Origin: a virus | Taxonomy: Duplodnaviria; Caudoviricetes | DNA: 64,000 nucleotides | Virus record (IMG/VR): IMGVR_UViG_3300032087_004307 | Coordinates: 1,738-65,737 of that record | Strand: one strand, 5' to 3' | In this document: positions 23,001 through 30,403 of the stretch, one piece after another | Layout: each line of letters starts with the position of its first letter | Position numbering within the stretch: the first letter of the stretch is position 1 | The notes under the pieces: model-generated | Seen by the model: only the letters and a program-made list of their open reading frames with translations | Database searches by the model: none | Told to the model about the DNA's origin: nothing | Made by a program: the position numbers and the translations under genes

Positions 23001-25759
23001 CACAGTAAAGTTCTTTGACTATCTCTGTCTTTATATACTAGTAAACTATTTTCTATTTTATCTAAATCATAATAGTTTGTGGCTGTGTAATCTACAACTG
23101 TGGTGTCTGCTACCGTAAAACTTTCTTCTACATAATTATCGCCAAAAGGTAGTAAGTATGTTTGGTTAAATACTTTTCTTCCAACACTAAATGATATAAC
23201 ATTCCTAAGAACTTTCTCTAAAACAAATTCATTTGATAAGTCAGTTACGTCATATGAATTAAAATAATTGTTTAATTCATTTAAAAATCTTTTTCTGTAT
23301 TTTGCATATTCTCTTGCATTAAATCTGATAGCGTCAACTAAATTATGTGGCTTATTATCTAATAAAAATACACCTAGTAAAGTGTCTTGTAATGGTTGCA
23401 CAATATCAGTTGCATATTCACTTTGCTTACTGGTTTCAGTAAAGTTATTATCAGCAAGAACATTTCCTGAAAAATCAGTTTGGCCTTTCATATAGTTTGC
23501 AAAATGATCTAAATACTCAGGTTCTGAAATTGTAGATATTTCTGTATTTAATGGATTGTTTTTCCAACTTAATGGTACACTATGTTTGCTAATACTGTTT
23601 TCTGCGATGAGTCCAGTACTAGATTTTACAAAAATATCTATTAAAGTACCTTTAACAAAATTAAATGTATTAAATTTAATAAATCCATCACCGTTATATG
23701 TAAAGTCTGTATTGGTTACTCCATTTACTTTTACTAAAATATCGTAACCACTGTGGTTGTTGGTATCTACATTTGGTACAGCACCACAAAAATATAAAAC
23801 TGTTTCATTATCTACGTCTACACTTGATAGTTCAAAGTGTGTATCAATACTCTGTGTAGATTTTTTATTTGTATCTTTAAATAGAGTATGATATTCAGGT
23901 GTACTTTTGTTTAGTTTGTAATAGTAATATCCTTTTTGTTTAGTTGGTGTTGTAGAACCTATTGCTGTGTATTCATAACTCTCTGTTAAACCAAAATTTT
24001 GATATTCAATTTCACTGGCACTTTTAAATGCTTTATAACTTAATGGGAATCCATATTCTAAATCATTTGCGCCTGTACCTATTTTGTGAGCAAAAAGTTT
24101 GTTACCCTCAAAGTTATTTAATGGGTATAAACTGCTATCTCCTAAATATGTCTTATCATCTTTATAAAGATTAAACAGCGGTGGAGTAGATCTATTTGAT
24201 TTAGTTTGAGCTAGTTTTAATCCTGTCGCAGTATAATAATATTCTAACCCTGTTTGCGATGTCCCTTTGTGTACACTAACAATGTCTCCAACTGCTAATT
24301 TCCTAGATGGAATTGCAGAAAAAGTAAGGTTAGACCCTGATACAGTTATTTCATATATTTCCTGAGAAATTGCTACTGACTCATTAGGGAAAATACATGT
24401 CAAGCCATTTACTAGTTTAATACCATCAACTAATTGATCAGGTGCTAAGTTTTGAGCCTGAGTAAATGTTAAGTCGCTTACTGAAATATCAACATTACCT
24501 TTATATGTAGTACCATGATTATACAACTCTATATGTGCATCATATTCTAAAATAGGTCGCAATGCTCTCTTTTCTGAATTTGGTATTCTATCAGTTGCAT
24601 CTAAATAGTTTTGTTTGTGCCACCAGAAGTTATTTTTACTCCAAATATTATTATTTGTGGCTCCTCTCTCTAAATGAATATAATCTTTAGATGTATTATA
24701 GGTATAAGGTGCAGATTTACTAGACGACATGTCAACAAGTCTAATGCTTGATCCTACACCTTCAACAATGTATTTTTGTCCTATAGTAGTTGTGCTAGAT
24801 ATTACATATGGCTCAATAAATTTTATCACCATTCCATTTCTAAATGCTTTACCACCTGCAGGTGTATAGGACTTTTTGCCTATAATGTCTCTTTCAATAT
24901 CAATATAATTTTCACTACTAGGATTAATGTCTATAGCAGAAGGACCAGTAGAATGTGTAATTTTACCACCTGACGTCCATGCAGTAAAGTTTGTAGTATC
25001 TAATGGATTTCTTAAATCTTTATCTGTAAAAAGTTTAAATGTCCTTGATGTAACCTTTTCAATATAGTATGTTTGATTATTAACTTCAGTCATACCAGAT
25101 ACACCAGTAATTACAATTTCATCTCCTGAGTAAAAATTGTGGTCTTGGTTAGTTGTTACTATTGCTGGTGAACTTTGTGTAATATCTGGGCTAAAGGAAT
25201 AAGTATCCAATGTTGCGTCGTTTACAAAACTACTACCTGAAGTAAAATCTCTATTAGCAATATAATACTCATTTCCGTTTTTAATAACGTCATGAACAAA
25301 AAAGTTTGTGTCTGCTGTCCAAGATGCTACAGTATGACAGTTTGCAGTTGTTTCTGGATCCCAATAATACTCTTGAAAGTTTAAAAACTTATCTGTATTA
25401 ATTGGCGGTAAAAATGTTTTAAAATCACTTGAAAAGACTTTATTTTGATTTATAGTATTTGCACCATATATCTTTAAGGTATTTACTGCTTCATCAAAAA
25501 ATATAAAATCTTCACTATCACCAGTTGTAAGGTTTAAAGTGTTTATTACAGGAGATAGATTATAAAAAGATCTATCTATTGTAGGTTCTTTTAGGAATGA
25601 TATATTTACATTATGATCATCACTAGTTTTCTTTCCAATGAATCCAGTAATAATTTCACTATTTGCCTCTGCAAATAATTGCTCAACAGTACTTTCAAAA
25701 AAGTTTTTAACTGCTGTAGTCTGATGTACTACTGGTAACTGTTCGTAAATTTTTGCCAT
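8057..25759 (-). CDS. Giant (5,900 aa) baseplate wedge/fibre protein with inserted YHYH-like, CBM-like and Gly/Pro-rich segments
   Basis: Uninterrupted 17.7-kb ORF between the gp6-like gene and fibre genes; C-terminal VKPYTAKVRE motif typical of wedge proteins; WxAxxxY...YY modules. Confidence 0.7.
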   Translation of the reverse strand: MAKIYEQLPVVHQTTAVKNFFESTVEQLFAEANSEIITGFIGKKTSDDHNVNISFLKEPTIDRSFYNLSPVINTLNLTTGDSEDFIFFDEAVNTLKIYGANTINQNKVFSSDFKTFLPPINTDKFLNFQEYYWDPETTANCHTVASWTADTNFFVHDVIKNGNEYYIANRDFTSGSSFVNDATLDTYSFSPDITQSSPAIVTTNQDHNFYSGDEIVITGVSGMTEVNNQTYYIEKVTSRTFKLFTDKDLRNPLDTTNFTAWTSGGKITHSTGPSAIDINPSSENYIDIERDIIGKKSYTPAGGKAFRNGMVIKFIEPYVISSTTTIGQKYIVEGVGSSIRLVDMSSSKSAPYTYNTSKDYIHLERGATNNNIWSKNNFWWHKQNYLDATDRIPNSEKRALRPILEYDAHIELYNHGTTYKGNVDISVSDLTFTQAQNLAPDQLVDGIKLVNGLTCIFPNESVAISQEIYEITVSGSNLTFSAIPSRKLAVGDIVSVHKGTSQTGLEYYYTATGLKLAQTKSNRSTPPLFNLYKDDKTYLGDSSLYPLNNFEGNKLFAHKIGTGANDLEYGFPLSYKAFKSASEIEYQNFGLTESYEYTAIGSTTPTKQKGYYYYKLNKSTPEYHTLFKDTNKKSTQSIDTHFELSSVDVDNETVLYFCGAVPNVDTNNHSGYDILVKVNGVTNTDFTYNGDGFIKFNTFNFVKGTLIDIFVKSSTGLIAENSISKHSVPLSWKNNPLNTEISTISEPEYLDHFANYMKGQTDFSGNVLADNNFTETSKQSEYATDIVQPLQDTLLGVFLLDNKPHNLVDAIRFNAREYAKYRKRFLNELNNYFNSYDVTDLSNEFVLEKVLRNVISFSVGRKVFNQTYLLPFGDNYVEESFTVADTTVVDYTATNYYDLDKIENSLLVYKDRDSQRTLLCVDKDYTITSYNPITISILNSNDFNTGDTITFKFYNTDRDSAQCPPTPSAMGLYPLYQPAKETDSSFQTPQTLIVGHDGSRTALLGDRRDDIILEFENRLYNSAKAEFRNANGLGLYSQVNIKPGYFRQTDYENNDWHDLLNLNFANWTSENKVDPIANDFYDLTNEFTWNYRGTSDTPGHWRGWYEYYYDTVRPHTHPWEMLGFTEKPAWWDSTYITATYTDYSSSNSPMWSDIEQGKIISGSRENLTNNTYKLAEFNPFRRIGLLDILPVNTEGQLKSPYDIATTGSTTLTPTFTNTIVNTSQGYVTTSFRSLDGLNVNYNNANVFVESTNILTHNVSIADNSIEYTDAKQQKLRYSIPRKNLSSNIASETAQTDGAIGVLNNGLPIYNIQDTNFYGTSDYHYNRVELANSAFALGNTTSDGVQYYHTINAEVVGETAWGNATTHSGIVGWAFDGLPIYGPYGYKGLDTNGDITDNEITNIKSCFSLKVSATRDTSIGGAHTGEFVEDFTFDSNLASQPGYVGNNGAGKYNVRFGKTPESPSTPIYYYVCTQDDNGNPMFPYHIGGGTKSFTNNTVPNPEDSTYSNKFFALPNAGNNNNQGTFDSTANMALQSLFSEVQTTTNNISDPWKLGDGAPVENAWKYSVSYPFAVVEALLIAKPGLFATVFSDPTKIVITDIDKRHPVSTVTRKKWLFTDSNDFNIHGDLDSNGNNITNIGYTQFIHSWLNFQGLNTSESFAQKIRTLNIKLGHRFAGFVDKDTMRLTLDQYSATGSSTNLILPDDNITVAIHDSGYKTRNYYSGVIVEKTADGWKVRGYDKKLGYFDTLQLDTNGPTENVQVGGNTVSHSTWTANVSYSNNSYIIHNGAYYKAKSDVPSSDTFNIVFWQSISSLPQEDTASATYYQQSTNIVERVYYETEYTNIQSLFNFLIALGRYQERAGYNLSTYDVSIGDTRNWLFGAKQYLFWTTGSWQVGNTIELSPLAGKLKFTPPNGFVAKVNRSERDMFSIMDQTGKAIEPTECDILREGTSIEITPPTGSDIYGIVLYSKEIEHAMVIDNVTDFADTVNDPVINQRQNRIKIKATRTLDWDGKLTTSGFIVNGDELIPNLDNLAQTMGRYTEQGFVPVERDVYEASRRLYGYQERSYLNELDITDDQQFDFYKGMIQNKGTGTSLSRIARSSKIVQGDMNVYDEWAIKVGDFGDVANNQSIELKIDRANVVQDPQLISLAFPQDTTGTVSRIDVINSKHRYFELPTITINNPTTGSNVATAEAILNSNGELSGVNITNAGTGYVAGTGLTIETANIVTNDTTQTFVKVDAMSSGYVTLKEYSNANANLLVNSDVSNITGLGNLTVINASGNANVSSTYNLGSITDLANVATFINQDATINASITASVITTSAVSNISSNASNVGYFTYLKISGNDFALSDDDSNVTLNKLNLENSKRYQPRQRYKLSTANNTVKANINVLVNNSTVSSSNYDYDAGDRWQISPLADTSTGSITYGLTTTSTGLTTNLINGSTSFDATNYTTIDNNDYAFIDVYIDGDYIENEGDIIYYTVTSNTITFANVDLLPKKQLTTNSNVYIVEHSTIDFVDAFKGDVPGATLNIKATTNDDITARITAVRNYEITPDANDDEIILLDIDDTSKFLKKPTGLRSDELWKTTSNVSALGITDSKFKPLPNAGYVNTSNVTYSAFNIPSIAQLFGDNVVFKPEANDTIHIAKAENQDWNVYKLTDTNSTLSFVEQDNITETAYLYMNDVDLFSYVDNNAIGGEDNNRYLDYHLVIKDADLTDQFVVWTNQQVVDKKGVKITDFAGANMIAANIANIGPANVMPISNIEPATSDNAVAVANVEIKTATLTSNVNATHTTINVGNTSGLTQGMILSTQGTVLGNISTIATVHDSTTLTLSQPFGVALPTGTEITFTTGLATITTSMYNLENGDLIGFREGQPAQISMTVINLTHYSNTETLIFSVGSNTQTMSLSEDLTLQDVFYAGNTNPIPIHDIEAAQYAEVTAGNIVANVEYSINSLGNTDFNLPAGTSGVTYDVGDIFTATTAGTGTGTVVKTTATEYIGNNNSLTIPTSYLSVSGEAIDVRKTDLTKLWVSVSGNLQTYGPANMVQIGSSIEVVSTNSDYNGRVYPICDIDPSGTAIAIQSDDFPLDSNASIYYDKIDTAVMGVTGFKYNNHSNLHTKDYTISNVTSAGFTVYDANVTSNISGDILSIAYYGKTKITANTVDHNLAQGDVVKLIASAYSGYYYIESATEDTFVINQPYNANVSKTGNIIKPGMVIHTDKDHGISEEYVGKRIAVHMAEPDYYNKVYTVTGVTTGTSNTITISDAFSFADVANAQFTAWAPSTSFAKGERILNGVVTYVAANAFTSGSTFESDNLNVGKPALLTTVDHNKIKLNNTEIVLGDIKSEEDVVDSINNAMALRRGAVDNDHTQISFAMITGKNNNKLTPILSDYRQVDGYSPYVNADNVENTLLGDGLTKAGDLNYRINKKGFVNDPNNPDFPTNLTDAVGNDPATTLNTGTKNPFYLGSKNNYGIPTDPSKVPLFNFPDENGTPVPGSGIDSGAKPIIDPRKAVANISKKPCVDMCSPIHIPPTPAVPVSGGVVSPPVMTTTCFGGSLVDSAGNPGVYSISGRGHGDRRFGGNWSGHYVLKGPNAGYVSQVGGSRGGLSARGLAGVMTWSDNGSTMNFNMKLKFNKAGTFYAHVYNAGRSGYNDRTYVKINNVTNGTTNLGRQNSVHTGKGFSFNGPGGVKAFTVSAGDIIQFKGTCRGGSNHWHGLCMHISTSSSGLDTCTKSLQPGPGSTSGYANLPVSQNYSNSNITFHEQHNRSANQEDNNFYTLKGSGVVEILFDMYSGADRLEVFQGVSKGGESKRLGGTMDQGSVIKLTDAEKQEILTKAGSNNATKFGSGSKVIDFAHSGQNVRYGGKLTVAVDINNGTYLKVKVNKPSIVYRYVIKLPDTPPKPPEPKSNPAPGQSCNVAIYNPQTPTPSTGVQTPIYSPGGNQTTTKKNTGASYGGVGGGGGGGGGYSSYGSQSNMMYNYYQSIGKPGGGGGGGSIKQSGTSHHYSANYGGMGLAPMAGFSMIPDIFKKTVKVTASNSYGKYQPLTGSQFVNNTVQRVTGGKILPLAQPLRNVAPSKPGKLRALDISNYPFWNELTYTGDNYYKKGNTFFTYTPGKIGTDIRLQDGTVIGNVLDDFNLSGGIPASDVILNYPGQIPNILPNPDNGSINLEPGYTLPAEDSPYDSNVTYSESPVIGITPKIKDKNGNYIPAGPTVYCDLSRPTPGHTIALDDMTGITPGDELIINNTKIKFPGSDTKVVENALRCTQGSGFMVHDTFKDGKPALRVSSCSNAPLTIRDGCSGGIYKEVLDFHVVRGFEQSETETSNTAVIPATTGYGYANGNVGVDARAGTSQMYTLYNASGTVTDYTGAGRNVSSPDMDNGKILSSKTTSKTTGGSGYGVGDRLRIVGGLPIENPYGGITEFCIDMPGMNYTSAGNVKVYIGDGTTPGSGAKAGTVILNENGGIASIEIISGGEGYDFARPPKVKILDLGEGAIQNGIPAEVSVKIGTGRGLPPRVAKFIVSSVDANGTITSLQIIDRGIYKQFPADLTQGVPLEYDAVGLGDESGVDANGVFFQGTGLGQFDPLNDNDRLESPGGYDPLNGLVGGGTGARVFLTAREIPDCSEKGDAKSKLGFPDQVIDINIPEDIAACLNNALFDAGYDPDKIHIDTENVNDLIDLLKFRTPGYDGIAIDELTPGFLEKLGIPPGDYNIDSLCISAVLETPNSPIRRANKIESGTNLLDDNRFQVATIPDSPVISINCIDTIGDGYGSNGSPGDSDSGVGRNGQDPNSILGDANVVFTTDMFQYELRTTSGEPVNTLNLQQECSVLYLESARYNKNNGNVVVKDGVNVNLETLSNVWIDNYNDSGWAYLESNVAKATQPNLVDTTFVDNAIIYDQETGEKEYDLHFYDPFKGVIPGFIQKEIAFTGPSDPVVYNNARTGFGRKDIGKVWWNTSTIAYKWYEQGTNRDRWLNWGQAFPGSGITLFEWVEDIVPPVNYNGTGTPKNNSEFVVERRINPVNGRYANYYYFWVQNKTDLENTAIEELGREYDTFTLAKYLADPIGAGLPLISFVSDKAMVLSNIAPLLREDEQNLQINFSRNLNPVGQKHTAWKLLRQDDNNSIIPEDLSDKLIDSLAGTDALGQAVPDPLLSEVEAYGVKFRPRQSMFKDLKGARQVLHYTLNEILADLQLSTNYPDWDNGIPASRTYIETVNWYGTQYVDAGTNKKVRYDATFKPIYKVNSVQELDTLQSIPDNTIVQVKGPNSEYYSLHKYISATKTFDLISIQNDNVRLKTSIYTDNTNNTLSSELRLLLVALRDNVFAGTNLWNKLFFALMKYAYTEQKQLDWAFKTSYVFVEKEEEDLIEINGFKVDNFDKVLQYFDEVKPYTAKVREYKDGKSPIREKIGTNAVSDFDKPPYADPVTGNVRILDDFVQADSNIIQTNNAYTNYYSISNKSLDPIRHSNTTIKFDRVDYQLLPHDYLPAVNIATWTANATYPRNSYVVNNGTYYKANIDIAGASSFSSTNWSALGSNVSVIPVADTANSAIARNMVTLTVQSNADVQANTLVTASERAFKFNPAIQTQFAAELNTYYSITDAVSNTNVINSANLSSSIANITAVVNSGSLNKTLSLIQIATGGNFLGETIDGDLFNKAFGVDTNTFQSQIGFNRTKWNSGPIDLQVDVKNYQGVFNTAIAGNQVSFERDGTVYEGFDGVTFKRVLYGEERPQELVMVEPLETLIFRVTSHKHLQGNTSLSSASANASTVKYQITNNIYGDSEFIRIKQDGSTTTTTSANLYTYSNEITVANASVLAKPLARIPGIIWVGSERIEYTKRNTNTNKLSGLTRGTNGTSIQDWASGTEVINANSSEQFKKYPTSSNVWLDNGAVSLADLGNANVSDSSSIMRFLHGRE

Positions 25760-25760
25760 A

Positions 25761-28700
25761 TTATCTATCAGTTCTCAAAGTTTGAGATGTTATTTTTTCT
25801 ACTATTGTAATGTCATTAACTGTAGCAGTATTAATAAAAAGTTCATTAGGCTCTGCTTTTACCTGGAATAAATCTCCAAATGTACCTTCTGTGTTCTTAG
25901 GAAGTATAACGATACTGCCTACAGCATTGCCCATATTTTGATGTATGTAACTTGAAAGTTCAGTAAAGTAAAAAGTTTCACCAAATTCCCAATTATCAGC
26001 ATTAAAATAGGAATTAAAAAGTCTTATAATTTTAGATTTAATTTCATTATCACTTAAATTAGTTCCAGGGATTTTTACAATTTTAAACTTTGCCTGATAT
26101 GAGGATTCTGCATCACTACCAAAGAGTGTTTTAAATTTAGCACTTCTATACACTATTGTATCACTAGCACTTTTAAACTCATTTAACTTTTCAAATTCAT
26201 TTGCTAATTCTTCACTTGTAGGTGCTATAGGGTATGGTGTTCCTGGCACATTTATATATTTTTGTATCTCTGTATAATATGTTTGTGTTAATACTAACAT
26301 CTCTACAACATTACTAATACTAGGATCTATCCTTACATCATTAGGTGCTGTATGATTCCATTTTAGTATAACATTTTGTGGGTCTTGTATTGCAGTATTT
26401 TGTGTACTTGCTCTACCCTCTCTCACAATGTAATCTGAAGTTTCTACTAAACTTATTGTAGAAGCATTTGTACTACTTGCCTGCATTTGATAAACTTTTT
26501 TGTTTTCTGTTACATAAATTACTAGCCCATTATACCTTGGTTCTGCTTCTCCAGAATTATTAAGTGTTTGTGCAATAGCAACTGTGTCTACTATTAAGTA
26601 ATTAACTGTCTTCCAGTCTGTTTGATTAATATAACTAGCAGGAGATAGGTAATTAGTATCTGTTAAATTAATACCAGTTTCTCCACGATAATCTAAAAAC
26701 AAACCACTTACTGGTCTGTCATATGTGTAGCCATCAAAGTCTGTGTAATATTCAAAAAATACTAAACTTTGTGGGCTTACAAAATCATCATATTGTAATG
26801 GCTCATCTGGTACTAAATCTTCATCTGAATCTATAGGTGCCACTTTTACTTTTCTAGGGTCTACATACCCGTCTGCTTCTTTAAAGGTGTCTGAAATAGT
26901 CCATTTTATGTCTTTGCTGAGCTTCTCTTTATCGTTTAAATAAATTACGTTTAGTTTATCTACACTAAAGTTTGTACTGCTATCTGAGGCGTGTAATTGC
27001 CCTGTAGAATTTTGTAAGCCTGTATAAATTAATCTACCTGTTTGTGCTGTTGCATTGGCGTTTTCTAAAATTATTCTACCTGTTGCAGATGTATTAGCAC
27101 TACTTCCACTAACTCCGTATGAGTGAATAGATGCGTTACCTCTATAAAATTCTACAAATCCTGTGTTTAGGTTTTCTTGTTTATAGTTTATTTCACCGTT
27201 AGCGTCAAATATATTATATCCAAATGTAGTGTTGTCAAAGTCTACAGTGACGTTTGCGGGTAAATGCTCTACTCTACCTGACACGTTTGCAATAGTAACA
27301 TTAGTTCTTAAACCAAATGCTGTATTGTCTTCATAAAACGTGTTTAAGTTTATTGCGGCTTCGTCAACAAATCTGTCATTTGCAACAACTTGTGCATTAG
27401 ATAAGCCTGTGCTTCTCAAAATACCAAAATTACTTTGCCACTCACAATCAATATCATACCAATAATAGTTTCTACTTCTTAATGGTATCATAGGTACTGT
27501 GGTTTGCGGAGTATAAGTTTGTCCTGTTTCCTGACTTTGCCAAACCTCACCTAAATTATCATCATCATTATCATACCATTTAAACACTTCTGTAACACCA
27601 GGTTTAGTGTTTAGTGTATTAAATGTTATAACATCTCTAACTGCTTTGGTAGAATTATCTGTAACTTTAACACTTTTTACATTATAGAATTTAAGATTTT
27701 CTTTACTCTGTATAACATAGTCAAGTCCTCGTATGCTTACATTATAATCATATGCACTATTAGATATTGCGTTGTATTGAAAATGTATTAAATAACTTGC
27801 GTCTGCATTTGCATTAGATGTATCTTTTGCATTAGCATAAGAAAATTCTGGTAGTACGCCGTTTACTGGTGTAGTTAAATTTTGATTTTGTATTATAAAA
27901 TATTCATCTAATGCAGGGTCATATCCTAAACCAAATGAGCGTTTGTTGTTTATCTCACTAATAATTGTATTTTGCTCTGTGGCAGTGAATGTCTTTCTTA
28001 ATGTACTAATTATTTCATTTGCAGACCATCCGTTAGGTACGTCACTACTTAATGTTATAGGTCCAGTTGATGTACTTAGGCCACTTGATAACTGACCATT
28101 ATTGTCTATTCTGGTAATTCTTACCCATTTATAATCTGTTAAATCAGTAGGATTAACGAACTTAATAAAGTTGTTTTCTTTAAACATTGATGTTTCAGCA
28201 GTAGTGTTTATTAAAACACTTGTGGTTGTTGTACCACTTATTAATGCCGTTTCTGTTATATACCCTGTGCTGTTTAAAGTTTTAACAGGCAATGTTGCCC
28301 ATTTTATATCTCTACCACTAGTGTCAAAAGTAGCAGGAGTTGTAGCAATTACACTTTTTCTGAATGTATTGTACATAAAGTTGCTAAGTTCTTGTTTCTT
28401 TAAGTATAAAGGAATTACACTATTAACAACTTCTGACGCAGTATTATTTTCATTAATTGTGAATTTTTCTGATACATTATTTTTATCAGCATATATTACA
28501 CCATCTTCTGCATAAGATTCTATACTTTGGAATGTTCCTGTAGGATCAGTAATATCAATATACCTACTATGCCCTGCATGTGTTCTATTTGTTGCCTTTA
28601 ATTTTTTAATATTGGATGATTGGCTTGATGGAAAAACCTGATAATCCTGAGCACTAACCATTCTGTTTTGTGTATAGAATGTTTGTGGTGCATTTGCTTT

Positions 28701-29951
28701 TACATTAGTTAATGTTTCTGCAGGTAAACTGTTGTTCACTGCTGATCGTAATCCAAACGATAATGTTAAGTTATGTTCTTCACCACTAGCATTTTCGTAT
28801 GGTACAACTATACTTAAATTTGTTGCATCATCAGGCTGTATTGTATATGTTTCTGCGGCACTGGTTCTATACCATATTCTAAAAATACCGTTAGGGATAT
28901 TTCCAAAGTTGCCATCTGGGAATTTAACTCTAATTCCATCATTGTTTAAATTTTCTACAGCATATAAATTTCTAGTACCCAACTGCTGACTATTATAGTT
29001 TAATGTTTGTCCTACAGTATTTGGAATTTTAGTCCATTGATTTGCTACTGTACCACCTGTTGTAATTTCCTGAACATACACATCAGTTTCGTTAATGTTT
29101 TGTATATTAATATCTTGAGATCTACTTACTACAGGCGTAGTAAAATCATAATCTTGATAAGCAAAAGTTCCTTGTTTAAATAATAAAAAGAAACCTGAAT
29201 TATTACTTGCTATTCCTTGACCATCGTTTCTGTAAAATAGTCCAAAATCTGTTAATGGGTCTGGTGTATCTTCATAAAAATACTTTCCATCTATAAAATC
29301 ACCATTAACAATTTCACAAGTCCTATTTACGCCATTTGCATTTATATTAAATGAATATGCTACTGGCGAACCTATTGTTGTGTTAATTAGATACTTTTCA
29401 GTATTAATGTTTGCAATTTTACCTGTTTTAACAGGAGCAGTAAATCTATTCGTACTGCTCATTGCAGAGTTTAAAATTGTAATAAATTGTTCATAACTGT
29501 CTGGGTTGTTTGCATCGTCCCAAAACACTTTGGTGTTACTTAATTGGTTGCCTTGGCTATCAACTAATGCTTCAGAAGTTTTTACAGCAGACAGTTTCAT
29601 TAATCCACTTGCAGGGATATTTCGCTTAGGATTATATCCTAACATTCTTGCTAGTTTAAATACTGAGTCTCTTCTTTCTGCAGTTTCCAAAAAGTTTTCC
29701 CTAGTATTAACATCCATTCTGAATGCAATACTGGTACTTAGGAATGCAAGTAATTCTAGTATAGCAATAAATTCTGAACTTTCTGTATAGTCGTTAAAGT
29801 TTTCAGGAAAATTTGTTCTTATATATTCAACTAATGCTGTTCTAATTGAATCAAAATCGTATGCCTGAAAGTCTACCTGACTAAAAACTTTATATGCTAA
29901 TTTCCAGTCCTCTGCCGCAAATAAATTATTTTGTCTATTAACTGTTGCCAT
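25761..29951 (-). CDS. gp6: Baseplate wedge subunit, T4 gp6-like
   Basis: DFDSIR, ENFLETAERRDSVFKLARMLGYNP, FPDGNFGNIP, QNRMVSAQDY motifs. Confidence 0.85.
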   Translation of the reverse strand: MATVNRQNNLFAAEDWKLAYKVFSQVDFQAYDFDSIRTALVEYIRTNFPENFNDYTESSEFIAILELLAFLSTSIAFRMDVNTRENFLETAERRDSVFKLARMLGYNPKRNIPASGLMKLSAVKTSEALVDSQGNQLSNTKVFWDDANNPDSYEQFITILNSAMSSTNRFTAPVKTGKIANINTEKYLINTTIGSPVAYSFNINANGVNRTCEIVNGDFIDGKYFYEDTPDPLTDFGLFYRNDGQGIASNNSGFFLLFKQGTFAYQDYDFTTPVVSRSQDINIQNINETDVYVQEITTGGTVANQWTKIPNTVGQTLNYNSQQLGTRNLYAVENLNNDGIRVKFPDGNFGNIPNGIFRIWYRTSAAETYTIQPDDATNLSIVVPYENASGEEHNLTLSFGLRSAVNNSLPAETLTNVKANAPQTFYTQNRMVSAQDYQVFPSSQSSNIKKLKATNRTHAGHSRYIDITDPTGTFQSIESYAEDGVIYADKNNVSEKFTINENNTASEVVNSVIPLYLKKQELSNFMYNTFRKSVIATTPATFDTSGRDIKWATLPVKTLNSTGYITETALISGTTTTSVLINTTAETSMFKENNFIKFVNPTDLTDYKWVRITRIDNNGQLSSGLSTSTGPITLSSDVPNGWSANEIISTLRKTFTATEQNTIISEINNKRSFGLGYDPALDEYFIIQNQNLTTPVNGVLPEFSYANAKDTSNANADASYLIHFQYNAISNSAYDYNVSIRGLDYVIQSKENLKFYNVKSVKVTDNSTKAVRDVITFNTLNTKPGVTEVFKWYDNDDDNLGEVWQSQETGQTYTPQTTVPMIPLRSRNYYWYDIDCEWQSNFGILRSTGLSNAQVVANDRFVDEAAINLNTFYEDNTAFGLRTNVTIANVSGRVEHLPANVTVDFDNTTFGYNIFDANGEINYKQENLNTGFVEFYRGNASIHSYGVSGSSANTSATGRIILENANATAQTGRLIYTGLQNSTGQLHASDSSTNFSVDKLNVIYLNDKEKLSKDIKWTISDTFKEADGYVDPRKVKVAPIDSDEDLVPDEPLQYDDFVSPQSLVFFEYYTDFDGYTYDRPVSGLFLDYRGETGINLTDTNYLSPASYINQTDWKTVNYLIVDTVAIAQTLNNSGEAEPRYNGLVIYVTENKKVYQMQASSTNASTISLVETSDYIVREGRASTQNTAIQDPQNVILKWNHTAPNDVRIDPSISNVVEMLVLTQTYYTEIQKYINVPGTPYPIAPTSEELANEFEKLNEFKSASDTIVYRSAKFKTLFGSDAESSYQAKFKIVKIPGTNLSDNEIKSKIIRLFNSYFNADNWEFGETFYFTELSSYIHQNMGNAVGSIVILPKNTEGTFGDLFQVKAEPNELFINTATVNDITIVEKITSQTLRTDR

Positions 29952-29953
29952 TA

Positions 29954-30325
29954 TTAATCATCCGTACTACTTGTGACGTACTCTAAAAATAAAGTATCTT
30001 CACTATTAAGCAGTTTATATTTTATTTTAACTTCTGCTTGTATAGTGTGATCAAGAACTAACAGGTTTGTTTCCTGATACTCAACTCTTGGATCGCTATT
30101 AACTATTCTTTCTATGTCGTCTTTAATTATTTCTTGTGTTTCAGGATCTTCTGGTTCCATAAGGTAATCCCATATAACACTTCCAAACGTAGGTCTCATC
30201 ACACGTTCGCCTATCCTAGTATAAAAATGATTTAGCAAATCTCTCTTTACTAGATCAGCATCCGTCAGAGTATATGGTGCCCTAACTTTATCTACTGTAC
30301 TAAATCCTTTAAATAATGTTGCCAT
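29954..30325 (-). CDS. gp25: Baseplate wedge/sheath-initiator protein, gp25-like (start 30325)
   Basis: LLNHFYTRIGERVMRPTFGS...DPRV gp25/GpW signature. Confidence 0.9.
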   Translation of the reverse strand: MATLFKGFSTVDKVRAPYTLTDADLVKRDLLNHFYTRIGERVMRPTFGSVIWDYLMEPEDPETQEIIKDDIERIVNSDPRVEYQETNLLVLDHTIQAEVKIKYKLLNSEDTLFLEYVTSSTDD

Positions 30326-30330
30326 GCAAG

Positions 30331-30338
30331 TATTTATC
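30331..30338 (-). promoter_or_regulatory. Late promoter GATAAATA
   Basis: ATG of gp25 lies 5 nt downstream. Confidence 0.7.
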
Positions 30339-30368
30339 ATATTCATTATAACAAGTTTTAATTAATAG

Positions 30369-30397
30369 TTGACTTATAGTACTTTTTATAGTATACT
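30369..30397 (+). promoter_or_regulatory. Sigma70-type promoter TTGACT-N17-TATACT
   Basis: Near-consensus -35/-10 with 17-nt spacer, 6 nt upstream of the GTG at 30404. Confidence 0.7.
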
Positions 30398-30403
30398 CAC
30401 AAA

